A DNA stretch of 64,000 nucleotides from an uncultured virus (IMG/VR IMGVR_UViG_3300044825_001403) (IMGVR_UViG_3300044825_001403:62001-126000), one strand, 5' to 3'; shown: positions 49,626 through 57,466, counted from the first letter of the stretch. Notes: a model not told the origin generated them from the sequence alone. Numbers and translations: made by a program.

Positions 49626-51934
49626 GTAACGGCATTAAAGTTCAAAAACGTGATGGCACTATTGAAGCTTTAAATCTAGATAAGATTCATCGTATGGTCG
49701 ATGAAGCTTGTGATGGACTTGCTGGAGTTTCTGCGTCTCAAGTAGAAATGAATTCTGGCATTCAATTCTATGATGGCATTACAACAGAAGAAATTCAAGA
49801 AATTCTAATTCGTTCTGCCAGTGATCTTATTTCACTGGACAATCCTAATTATCAATTTGTTGCGGCTCGTCTTCTTTTGTTCGCCTTACGCAAGCAAGTT
49901 TTCCACAAGAACATTTGGAAAGAAGGTATGCCCAGCATTTATGATGTGGCCCTATATAATTCAACTGTGCTGGGAGTATATGATGAAGAAATTCTTGACA
50001 AGTATACAGATGAAGATTGGACAAAGATTAACAGTTGGGTAGAGCACGATAGAGATTATCTTTTCTCCTATGCTGGTCTTCGCCAGGTAGTTGATAAGTA
50101 TCTTGTTCAAGACAGAAGCAGTGGAGAAATTTTTGAAACTCCACAGTATATGTACATGATGATTGCTTTGACCCTGTTTGCAGAGTATCCACTTTCAGTA
50201 CGATTGGATTACGTTCGCCGTTACTACAATGCCATCTCAAAGCACAAGATCAACATCCCCACGCCAATCATGGCGGGAGTCAGAACAACTCTTAGACAAT
50301 TCGCTAGTTGTGTTCTTATTGATTCTGATGACACCCTCAATAGCATCTTTAGCAGCGACATGGCTATTGGTCGCTACGTTGCTCAGAGGGCGGGTATTGG
50401 TATCAACGCTGGCAGAATCCGTGGAGTCAACAGTAAGATCCGAGGGGGAGAAGTTGCTCATACAGGGGTTATCCCATTCCTCAAAAAGTTTGAAGCAACT
50501 GTCAGATGCTGTACACAAAACGGGATTCGTGGTGGAAGTGCTACTGTCCACTTTCCAATCTGGCACCAAGAAATAGAAGACATTATTGTTCTTAAGAACA
50601 ATAAAGGCACAGAAGATAATCGAGTGCGTAAGCTTGATTACTCAATTCAAACTAGCAAATTGTTCTATGAGAGATTCATTCAAAACGGAGATATCACATT
50701 ATTCTCACCTCACGATGTTCCTGGTCTTAATGATGCTTTTGGTACTCCCGATTTCGATGACCTATATAAGCGTTATGAGTCTGATGATTCAATTCCCAAA
50801 AAACGAGTTAGTGCCCAGGAATTAACCCTTTCTCTACTCAAAGAACGTGCAGAAACTGGTCGTGTTTATATTATGAATATCGACCATTGTAATTCACACT
50901 CTTCTTTCCTAGATAAAGTTTGGATGAGTAATCTCTGTCAAGAAATCACACTTCCCACAGATCCTATTCAACACATTGACGGTGATGGTGAAATTGCTCT
51001 TTGTATTCTTTCTGCTATCAATGTAGGCAAACTCAAGAATCTTGATGATCTTGAAGAACTATGTGATCTTTCTGTTCGTGGTCTTGAAGAGTTAATTGAT
51101 TATCAAAACTATCCCGTGAAAGCAGCTGAGATTTCTACAATTAATCGTCGTTCACTTGGAGTTGGCTATATTGGCTTAGCTCATTATCTAGCAAAACATG
51201 GAGTAAAATATGACGACCCAACCGCTTGGAAACTCGTCCACGACCTTACTGAAGCTTTCCAGTTCTATCTGCTCAAGTCATCAAACACCATCGCCAAAGA
51301 GAAAGGAGCATGTGGATATTTTAATCGAACGAAGTATTCAGACGGTATTCTCCCAATCGACACTTATAAAAAAGACGTAGACGAAATTGTACCTAATAAT
51401 TTAAATTATGATTGGGAGACTTTACGTTCCGAGATTCAAACATATGGACTACGACATTCAACGTTGTCCGCACAAATGCCTTCGGAAAGCAGTTCCGTTG
51501 TGTCAAATGCCACAAATGGAATTGAGCCGCCTAGAGATTACTTGTCCGTTAAGAAATCAAAGAAAGGACCTCTTAAGCAGATTGTCCCCAGTTATCAAAC
51601 TCTCAAAAATGCTTATACGCTTCTTTGGGATATGCCTAACAATACTGGTTATATCAATATTGTTGCTGTTATGCAGAAGTTCTTTGATCAAGCGATTTCT
51701 GGAAACTGGTCGTATAATCCAGAGAATTATGCCGATAATGAAGTTCCTACTTCGGTAATGGCTCAAGACTTCCTCAATACTTATAAGTATGGATGGAAAA
51801 CTTCTTACTATCAAAATACATATGATGCTAAGAAGGATGAAGTTACCGAAGATCGACGCCAGCAAGATGTCGAAGATATGCTCAATGATTTGTTAAACCT
51901 ACAGGAGGACGATTGTGACAGTTGTAAAATTTAA
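49622..51934 (+). CDS. nrdA: class I ribonucleotide reductase alpha subunit
   Basis: ATP cone (VQKRDG), PTPIMAG, QFASC, SNLCQEI, MPSESSS, C-terminal CDSC. Confidence 0.97.
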   Translation: MSNGIKVQKRDGTIEALNLDKIHRMVDEACDGLAGVSASQVEMNSGIQFYDGITTEEIQEILIRSASDLISLDNPNYQFVAARLLLFALRKQVFHKNIWKEGMPSIYDVALYNSTVLGVYDEEILDKYTDEDWTKINSWVEHDRDYLFSYAGLRQVVDKYLVQDRSSGEIFETPQYMYMMIALTLFAEYPLSVRLDYVRRYYNAISKHKINIPTPIMAGVRTTLRQFASCVLIDSDDTLNSIFSSDMAIGRYVAQRAGIGINAGRIRGVNSKIRGGEVAHTGVIPFLKKFEATVRCCTQNGIRGGSATVHFPIWHQEIEDIIVLKNNKGTEDNRVRKLDYSIQTSKLFYERFIQNGDITLFSPHDVPGLNDAFGTPDFDDLYKRYESDDSIPKKRVSAQELTLSLLKERAETGRVYIMNIDHCNSHSSFLDKVWMSNLCQEITLPTDPIQHIDGDGEIALCILSAINVGKLKNLDDLEELCDLSVRGLEELIDYQNYPVKAAEISTINRRSLGVGYIGLAHYLAKHGVKYDDPTAWKLVHDLTEAFQFYLLKSSNTIAKEKGACGYFNRTKYSDGILPIDTYKKDVDEIVPNNLNYDWETLRSEIQTYGLRHSTLSAQMPSESSSVVSNATNGIEPPRDYLSVKKSKKGPLKQIVPSYQTLKNAYTLLWDMPNNTGYINIVAVMQKFFDQAISGNWSYNPENYADNEVPTSVMAQDFLNTYKYGWKTSYYQNTYDAKKDEVTEDRRQQDVEDMLNDLLNLQEDDCDSCKI

Positions 51935-53099
51935 ACTCAACGAAGAACCCATGAGCCACATTCAAGGAATGACTGTATTCAATACAGAAGAAGTCAATAC
52001 TCTAAAACAACCGATGTTCTTTGGTGCCCCCTTGGGGGTCCAAAGATATGATCAATTTAAGTATCCTGTCTTTGATAAACTGACTCAACAACAACTTGGT
52101 TATTTCTGGAGACCTGAAGAAGTTTCTCTTCAGAAAGATCGTGCTGATTATCAAACTCTTCGTCCTGAACAAAAACACATTTTCACTTCTAACCTTAAGT
52201 ACCAGATCCTCTTGGATTCTGTACAGGGGCGTGGTCCTGGGATGGCTTTTCTTCCTTACTGTTCACTACCTGAGCTTGAATCTTGTATGACGGCGTGGGA
52301 ATTTATGGAGATGATTCACTCCCGTTCATACACTTATATCATCAAGAATGTGTATCCAGATCCTTCAGAAGTTCTTGATACTATTATCAATGATGAGCAA
52401 ATCCTTCAACGTGCTCAAAGTGTAACTAAGTCATACGACGAATTCATTCAAGCTGCTCAGGATTATTCTTCTGGTAATCAATGGCAGCATCAACTTGAAG
52501 GTGTTCCTGCTGCTAAAGAAACTCTTTATGAACTCAAAAGAAAACTATACCGTGCCATTGTTAACGTTAATATTCTGGAAGGTATACGCTTTTATGTCTC
52601 GTTCGCTTGTTCTTTTGCCTTTGGCGAACTCAAACTCATGGAAGGAAACGCCAAAATCATCGGACTAATTGCCCGTGATGAATCACAACATCTTGTAATC
52701 ACACAGAATATTATTAATAAGTGGCATAGTAATGATGACCCAGACATGCTACAGATTGCCAAAGAAGAAGAGCAAACTGTTTATGATATGTTTAGGCAAT
52801 GTGTTGAGGAAGAAAAATGTTGGGCAGATTATCTTTTTAAAGATGGTTCTATGATTGGTTTGAATGCTAAATTACTTCAAAAGTATGTTGAGTGGACAGC
52901 TAATCGTCGCCTCAAAGCAATTGGTCTCAACCCAATCTTTGATGCTCCTTTGAATAACAATCCTCTTCCCTGGACTGAACATTGGCTATCTTCTAAAGGT
53001 CTTCAAGTTGCCCCACAAGAAACAGAAGTTGAATCTTATGTGATCGGTGGTCTTAAACAAGATGTGAAAGAAGATACTTTCGCTGGATTCCAGCTTTAA
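51915..53099 (+). CDS. nrdB: class I ribonucleotide reductase beta subunit
   Basis: FWRPEEVSL, EMIHSRSY, LEGIRFYVSF, IARDESQH, QVAPQETE. Confidence 0.97.
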   Translation: MTVVKFKLNEEPMSHIQGMTVFNTEEVNTLKQPMFFGAPLGVQRYDQFKYPVFDKLTQQQLGYFWRPEEVSLQKDRADYQTLRPEQKHIFTSNLKYQILLDSVQGRGPGMAFLPYCSLPELESCMTAWEFMEMIHSRSYTYIIKNVYPDPSEVLDTIINDEQILQRAQSVTKSYDEFIQAAQDYSSGNQWQHQLEGVPAAKETLYELKRKLYRAIVNVNILEGIRFYVSFACSFAFGELKLMEGNAKIIGLIARDESQHLVITQNIINKWHSNDDPDMLQIAKEEEQTVYDMFRQCVEEEKCWADYLFKDGSMIGLNAKLLQKYVEWTANRRLKAIGLNPIFDAPLNNNPLPWTEHWLSSKGLQVAPQETEVESYVIGGLKQDVKEDTFAGFQL

Positions 53100-53109
53100 A
53101 CTGAATAGA

Positions 53110-53135
53110 TAAATACCTCCGAAAGGAGGTTTTTT
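53110..53135 (+). terminator. terminator overlapping a TAAATA late promoter
   Basis: TAAATA then acctcc-GAAA-ggaggt and T run. Confidence 0.75.
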
Positions 53136-53138
53136 ATT

Positions 53139-53477
53139 ATGAAAGTGCAATCAGCAAAAGCGAAAGGTCGCCGTCTTCAACAATGGGTTCGTGATAAACT
53201 TATCGAAATGCTTGATGTCCATCCTGAAGATATTGAAAGTAGATCTATGGGTGCTGGTGGGGAAGATTTAATTATGGCACGAGCTGCCAGACAAAAGTTT
53301 CCTCACAGCATTGAATGTAAAAATGTAGAAAAGTTAAATGTTTGGGAAGCATATGAACAAGCCCAAGCAAACTCAGGTGATTATGAACCAGTCCTTGTCA
53401 TGAAAAAGAATGGCAAAAAGCCATTGGTTGTAGTAGATGCCGAGTATTACATTCAACTTCACGGAGAAAAACAATGA
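53139..53477 (+). CDS. PD-(D/E)XK Holliday-junction-resolvase-like nuclease
   Basis: SAKAKGRRLQQ...GEDL...SIECKN...W..YEQA. Confidence 0.7.
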   Translation: MKVQSAKAKGRRLQQWVRDKLIEMLDVHPEDIESRSMGAGGEDLIMARAARQKFPHSIECKNVEKLNVWEAYEQAQANSGDYEPVLVMKKNGKKPLVVVDAEYYIQLHGEKQ

Positions 53478-54178
53478 AAATTACTTTACAAAATTTCTTT
53501 GAACACTTTGATAAGAATAATCCGAATCATGTAAAAGCAGTACAAATGTTTCTACATGCCCTAGAAAAAGCAGCACCAGAAGAACTAGAAGATACTTCTG
53601 GCTGGGTCAAAACATTCAGAACACCTGTTCAAAAACAAGCAACAAATATTTTAGAAAACTTTCCTTGGTTTCCTCAGACAGACAACTACAGGGATGCACA
53701 AAGAACTTGTAATAGTTCTGCCTGTGCTATGTGCTTAGAATATTTAAAGCCAGGTACACTCAAAGGACCTAAAGGTGATGATGCTTATGTTCAAAAAGTA
53801 TTTGCTATAGGTGATACCACTGACCACACGGTTCAAACTCGTGTGTTGATGTCTTATGGTATTAATTCTGCTTTTAGATATAACTTAACATTTGATGAAC
53901 TCGATAAGCAACTTGCAGCCAAGCGTCCAGTTGTTATTGGAATCCTTCACAGGGGAACCCTAGCAGCCCCTACAGGAGGCCATATGGTTGTTGTGATTGG
54001 GAAGACGCCCGCAGGCGATTACATCGTTCACGACCCTTATGGCAGCCTTAACGACGGTTATACAGGACCTGTTACAAATGGCAGGGGTGCGGTGTATAAG
54101 CGTAGCGATCTTGTGCGTAGATGGTGTCCTGCAGGAAATGATGGTTGGGGTAGAGTTTTTGATGCTGTAAAAAAGTAG
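53474..54178 (+). CDS. C39-like (papain-fold) peptidase, putative cell-wall hydrolase
   Basis: PWFPQTDN...RTCNSSACAM (catalytic Cys), GGHMVVVIG (His), IVHDPYG (Asp). Confidence 0.8.
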   Translation: MKITLQNFFEHFDKNNPNHVKAVQMFLHALEKAAPEELEDTSGWVKTFRTPVQKQATNILENFPWFPQTDNYRDAQRTCNSSACAMCLEYLKPGTLKGPKGDDAYVQKVFAIGDTTDHTVQTRVLMSYGINSAFRYNLTFDELDKQLAAKRPVVIGILHRGTLAAPTGGHMVVVIGKTPAGDYIVHDPYGSLNDGYTGPVTNGRGAVYKRSDLVRRWCPAGNDGWGRVFDAVKK

Positions 54179-54651
54179 AAAGTTCTATCCCTCAAGCTGG
54201 GATAGAACTTATACGTGAGTTTGAAGGATGTCATTTACATGCCTATCCAGACCCAAAAACTGGCGGACCTCCTATTACAATTGGATGGGGAAGTACTAAA
54301 GATTTTAATGGTCAATCATTTAAAATGGGAAGGACAATAACACGAGAATATGCTGATAAACTTTTAGAATTTGATATTAAAAACAGATTCCTTCCTTATC
54401 TAGAAAAAATTCCTTATTGGGGAGAAATGAATGACAATCAACGGGGAGCACTTCTCAGCTTTGCTTATAATCTCGGTGCTGGCTTTTATGGCGGAGTTGG
54501 TTTTAATACTATCTCTCGCAATTTACGTGAGAAAGATTGGTTATCAATCCCAAAAACATTAGAATTGTATCGTGATCCTGGCACTAACGTAGAAGCAGGA
54601 TTACTGAGGAGAAGGAGAAGAGAAGGTTCTTTGTGGTTAGGAATAGGGTAA
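54175..54651 (+). CDS. GH24 phage lysozyme domain, reachable by -1 frameshift from the upstream peptidase
   Basis: -1 frame reads VESSIPQAGIELIREFEGCHLHAYPDPKTGGPPITIGWGST...ALLSFAYNLG...GLLRRRRREG.LW; the first ATG (54325) lies downstream of the catalytic E/D/T segment. Confidence 0.85.
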   Translation, partial: VESSIPQAGIELIREFEGCHLHAYPDPKTGGPPITIGWGSTKDFNGQSFKMGRTITREYADKLLEFDIKNRFLPYLEKIPYWGEMNDNQRGALLSFAYNLGAGFYGGVGFNTISRNLREKDWLSIPKTLELYRDPGTNVEAGLLRRRRREGSLWLGIG

Positions 54652-54975
54652 AGCAATACCTTCGCTTAACATTTTTTCATTTAATGTGACAGGATCGCCA
54701 ACAAGATAAAGAGTGCCAAGTATTCTTCCATACTTGTCCTCTTTTGTTGTTTCAATAATCCACTCTCCTTCACGGGAGAGTTCTTTTTTTAGCCATTCTT
54801 TTGCCGATAGACCTTTTTCTTTCTCTGCTAGGTCTTTGGTTCTAGTTTCGGCAGCATTAATATCTTTTAGTCTTATTCTTTGAGAGAGTGTGATACCAAA
54901 ACCTAAATCAATATCAACATCAATAGTGTCGCCATCAATGATTCTCTTGATCTTCTTGATCTTGTATTGATACAT
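54637..54975 (-). CDS. thermonuclease (staphylococcal-nuclease-like)
   Basis: RIIDGDTIDV.IDLGF...RIRL..I.A.E...DKYGRILG...LNEKML.EG.A..Y. Confidence 0.88.
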   Translation of the reverse strand: MYQYKIKKIKRIIDGDTIDVDIDLGFGITLSQRIRLKDINAAETRTKDLAEKEKGLSAKEWLKKELSREGEWIIETTKEDKYGRILGTLYLVGDPVTLNEKMLSEGIALPYS

Positions 54976-55084
54976 CTTTCATCTCCAAATATGCTAACCT
55001 TAATATGTAGTAAATTATCCAAGCAGTGAATACCAATCCACTGCCAAGTATAATAACTACTCCCCAAGGAAAATCGTGAATCAT
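54935..55084 (-). CDS. small single-TM membrane protein (49 aa)
   Basis: MIHDFPWGVVIILGSGLVFTAWIIYYILRLAYLEMKD... read by hand; coupled to the upstream stop. Confidence 0.6.
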   Translation of the reverse strand: MIHDFPWGVVIILGSGLVFTAWIIYYILRLAYLEMKDVSIQDQEDQENH

Positions 55085-55287
55085 TTTTTAACTTCTCTCA
55101 AAATCTCCATCATTAAATCTTGTTGTTTTTCAGAATCATTCTTCATTTCTTGAAGAGTTTTTTCCATCTGAATAATTTTTTGCTCTTGAACTACAGTCTT
55201 TTGTTGAAGACCCCAAAAACTTGTTACACCACCAATGATGGCAGCTCCTATTAGAGATGTTGCTATCGTGCCCATATTGAGTTCCAT
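55081..55287 (-). CDS. small protein, N-terminal TM plus coiled coil
   Basis: IATSLIGAAIIGGVTSFW followed by heptads. Confidence 0.6.
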   Translation of the reverse strand: MELNMGTIATSLIGAAIIGGVTSFWGLQQKTVVQEQKIIQMEKTLQEMKNDSEKQQDLMMEILREVKK

Positions 55288-55288
55288 T

Positions 55289-55483
55289 TTAATATCTACC
55301 TTCCTGTTTATGTATCCAAGTTTTTAATTCGTGAAGATATTGTCTAAGTTGATCTGCTTTTTCTAGATGCCATTTATCACCACTCTTGAAATACTCTTGA
55401 GTGTGGTTGTCTATTGCTTTGAGAATATTATGTATTGGTGCGTTCCAAGGCTCACGTTTGGGAGTATTCCATTCTCTTGGCAT
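55289..55483 (-). CDS. conserved hypothetical protein
   Basis: MPREWNTPKREPWNAPIH.ILKAIDNH...WH..KA..LR.Y..ELK.WIH..E. Confidence 0.7.
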   Translation of the reverse strand: MPREWNTPKREPWNAPIHNILKAIDNHTQEYFKSGDKWHLEKADQLRQYLHELKTWIHKQEGRY

Positions 55484-55590
55484 ACTTCACTTTTTTTACC
55501 TCCATTCTTTGCCTTCTTCGCAGTAGCATTACCTTGATTTTGCTTTGGTTTCTTGGCAGCTTTGCTACCTTTGTTCTTTTCCTTAGACAT
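55411..55590 (-). CDS. small basic Lys-rich protein
   Basis: MSKEKNKGSKAAKKPKQNQGNATAKKAKNGGKK...; minus-strand TAAATA at about 55614-55619; 3' end uncertain. Confidence 0.5.
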   Translation of the reverse strand: MSKEKNKGSKAAKKPKQNQGNATAKKAKNGGKKSEVCQENGILPNVSLGTHQYIIFSKQ

Positions 55591-55628
55591 GATTCGGTAT
55601 ACCGATACACTAATATTTATGTGGGGGG

Positions 55629-55657
55629 TTGACAAGAGGCTAAATAGATGCTATATT
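55629..55657 (+). promoter_or_regulatory. sigma70-type promoter with a TAAATA in its spacer
   Basis: TTGACA-N17-TATATT; TAAATA at 55641. Confidence 0.65.
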
Positions 55658-55661
55658 ATGA

Positions 55662-55771
55662 ATTCCTCACATGTGGGGATCACATCATGAGAGAGTGAGT
55701 GACAATTAGAGCCCAGGAAGGTGCCCCCCGAGAGGGGCGGTGTACCCCCCTTCTATTGGGATGTAGAGTTC
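55662..55771 (+). ncRNA. structured 5' leader of the RlpA-like gene
   Basis: GC-rich nested stems: cccaggaagg/ccttctattggg enclosing cccc-GAGA-gggg. Confidence 0.5.
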
Positions 55772-55782
55772 TATTCAATTAA

Positions 55783-56145
55783 ATGCTTTTTAAAACCCTG
55801 TCTATTCTCGCCATTGCTACTGTAGGACTGGCACCCCTTCAAGCAAAGGCATCGAGCGGATGTTCCCTCGCATCACATTATGGAGTTGGTGACGGATATC
55901 ACGGTCGCACCACCGCTAACGGTGAAAGATATAATGCTTACGGTCATTCCACAGCCCACAGATACCTTCCTTTTGGAACACGTCTCAGGGTAACTAACCA
56001 AGCGAATGGCAGATCTGTAATTGTTCGTGTGAATGATCGGGGTCCTTTTGTGGGCGGACGATCACTTGACCTTTCTTATGGAGCATTCACTACTATTGCT
56101 TCTCCTGGTCAAGGCGTTGCCCGAGTCTGTTATTCCCGAGTATAA
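55783..56145 (+). CDS. rlpA: RlpA-like double-psi beta-barrel lytic transglycosylase with signal peptide
   Basis: ASHYG...HGRTTANGERYN....TAHRYLPFGT.LRVTN..NG.SV.VRVNDRGPF...R.LDLS..AF. Confidence 0.88.
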   Translation: MLFKTLSILAIATVGLAPLQAKASSGCSLASHYGVGDGYHGRTTANGERYNAYGHSTAHRYLPFGTRLRVTNQANGRSVIVRVNDRGPFVGGRSLDLSYGAFTTIASPGQGVARVCYSRV

Positions 56146-56182
56146 CAGCATAAATATGGGGGAGGTATCTCCCCCTTTTTTA

Positions 56183-56479
56183 ATGTCTATTCAAGATTTA
56201 CCAGATGATGAAAAAGATGCTATTGATATTTTAGCAAAAGCTGGATACCTCAAAGCTTCCAATGATAAAATTGAAGTATCTTTAGAATCATCAAATACTT
56301 TAAATATTCAACCAAAGGGAAATGTTTTTGGAGCAAAAGTAAAAGTAGAAAATGATGGAAGCATCACACCTACTCTCACTTTCGACACAAAAAAATTAAG
56401 AGATTCTAAAAGAATAGATGCTAAATCTGCTGTAGATCAAGCACTAGAAGATTATCTGAATGGTGGAGGCAATGTTTAA
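56183..56479 (+). CDS. hypothetical protein
   Basis: 98 aa from ATG 56183. Confidence 0.6.
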   Translation: MSIQDLPDDEKDAIDILAKAGYLKASNDKIEVSLESSNTLNIQPKGNVFGAKVKVENDGSITPTLTFDTKKLRDSKRIDAKSAVDQALEDYLNGGGNV

Positions 56480-56945
56480 ATTATTTGAAGTTAAGGAAGG
56501 AAAATTAAAAATTTTACCTTCATTAAGGTTTAAAAATATTGGTGGGTTTATTATAATTTCAATTGTTGCAATTATAATTGCTAACTTATCAGGAGCATTG
56601 AAAGTAAATGAAAGAGATCTTTGGAAATTTTATAATCTTTTAATTAATAGACTTGGTTTACAACAGGAACTACCTGACATAAGAGATCATGAAAAACAAC
56701 TTGACGCTCAAATTGAATTGGAAGTTGATAAAGCAATTCGTGATTACGAACGCTTGACAGGAGACGATGGAACTGTTAGAATACCACCACCACGACGTTC
56801 CGAGAAACCAGTAGACACCTCGGTGTGCTACACTCCTGAATGTCAAGCACTTGGAGGAGAAATCCGAATCTGTGCTCCATGGGTTCCAGATTGCCCCTTG
56901 ACAAACCAAGAACAATCTGGTACAATAAACAAGTTGTCTCAGTAG
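56472..56945 (+). CDS. membrane-anchored hypothetical protein with Cys-containing C-terminus
   Basis: TM GGFIIISIVAIIIA; CYTPECQALGGEIRICAPWVPDC; GGAGG RBS. Confidence 0.65.
   Translation: MFKLFEVKEGKLKILPSLRFKNIGGFIIISIVAIIIANLSGALKVNERDLWKFYNLLINRLGLQQELPDIRDHEKQLDAQIELEVDKAIRDYERLTGDDGTVRIPPPRRSEKPVDTSVCYTPECQALGGEIRICAPWVPDCPLTNQEQSGTINKLSQ
56898..56926 (+). promoter_or_regulatory. sigma70-type promoter for the tRNA-Arg/Val pair
   Basis: TTGACA-N17-TACAAT, 9 nt before the tRNA 5' end. Confidence 0.8.
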
Positions 56946-57058
56946 CTCAGTGGAATAGAGCAACCGCCTTCGGGAGTTCCGAGTGGACTTAATGGGGAGC
57001 ATTACCCTATACTCTCATAAGCGGTCGGTCGCTGGTTCAAATCCAGCCTGAGACGCCA
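56936..57058 (+). tRNA. tRNA-Arg (probably UCU) with a 46-nt insertion in the anticodon loop
   Basis: Acceptor gtctcag/ctgagac, G73, encoded CCA; D arm gctc/gagc with A20; anticodon stem accgc/gcggt; removing 56972-57017 gives loop ctTCTaa and a 77-nt tRNA. Confidence 0.85.
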
Positions 57059-57130
57059 GGGCGATTAACTCAGCGGTAGAGTAATTCCCTTACAAGGAAT
57101 GAGTCACTGGTTCGATTCCAGTATCGCCCA
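57059..57130 (+). tRNA. tRNA-Val(UAC)
   Basis: Acceptor gggcgat/atcgccc, attcc-ctTACaa-ggaat; abuts the CCA of tRNA-Arg. Confidence 0.95.
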
Positions 57131-57147
57131 TTACATCTATAAATATT

Positions 57148-57435
57148 ATGGACAAAGAACGATATTTAAAACTTAGAAAAGAACTTGACGATATAAAAGG
57201 AATGTTGAGAGATGTTAGTTATCAGATGCAAGAATTGCGGGAAAGTATTAGAGGAGCATCCTTCCCAACTACGATGCTGTCAGTGCCCCAACCTTACCAG
57301 CATCCGTGGTGGACATATCAGCGGTATGGATCTGTCGTTGGTGGAAATAATCTCGGGAGCCAAGTCCAAGCGTCAGGATCAATCGATCTTGACGAAACAA
57401 GATCTAGAATTTCAGGAACAACGAAAGCAGCGTAG
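57148..57435 (+). CDS. possible overprinted ORF (95 aa)
   Basis: ATG right after TAAATA; overlaps 57212..57466 in another frame for 224 nt. Confidence 0.4.
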   Translation: MDKERYLKLRKELDDIKGMLRDVSYQMQELRESIRGASFPTTMLSVPQPYQHPWWTYQRYGSVVGGNNLGSQVQASGSIDLDETRSRISGTTKAA

Positions 57436-57466
57436 AGTTCGTAGACTTGACTTTGAAGTAAGATAG
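57212..57466 (+). CDS. small Cys-rich (zinc-ribbon) protein
   Basis: IRCKNCGK.LE......CC.CPN...LT.QDLEFQE.RK.R.VR.LDFEVR. Confidence 0.7.
   Translation: MLVIRCKNCGKVLEEHPSQLRCCQCPNLTSIRGGHISGMDLSLVEIISGAKSKRQDQSILTKQDLEFQEQRKQRRVRRLDFEVR

Noticed and set aside
13693..53099. Introns or inteins in g17, g43, g41, nrdA and nrdB
   Set aside because: All are uninterrupted, of ordinary length, and show no intein or homing-endonuclease motifs
54325..54651. 108-aa lysozyme as called by the ORF track
   Set aside because: It lacks the catalytic N-terminal segment, which is encoded in frame upstream; better explained by the frameshift fusion
55484..55503. A7 run near the end of the basic minus-strand ORF (GGT AAA AAA AGT GA) as a fourth frameshift site
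   Set aside because: The heptamer is not in X_XXY_YYZ phase and has no clear stem; a single-base indel or homopolymer error is equally likely
56972..57017. tRNA insert as a group I intron, BHB intron, hammerhead or HDV-like ribozyme
   Set aside because: Far too short for group I; I could not build a bulge-helix-bulge, find CUGANGA/GAAA cores or fit a nested double pseudoknot by eye; a covariance search is still needed
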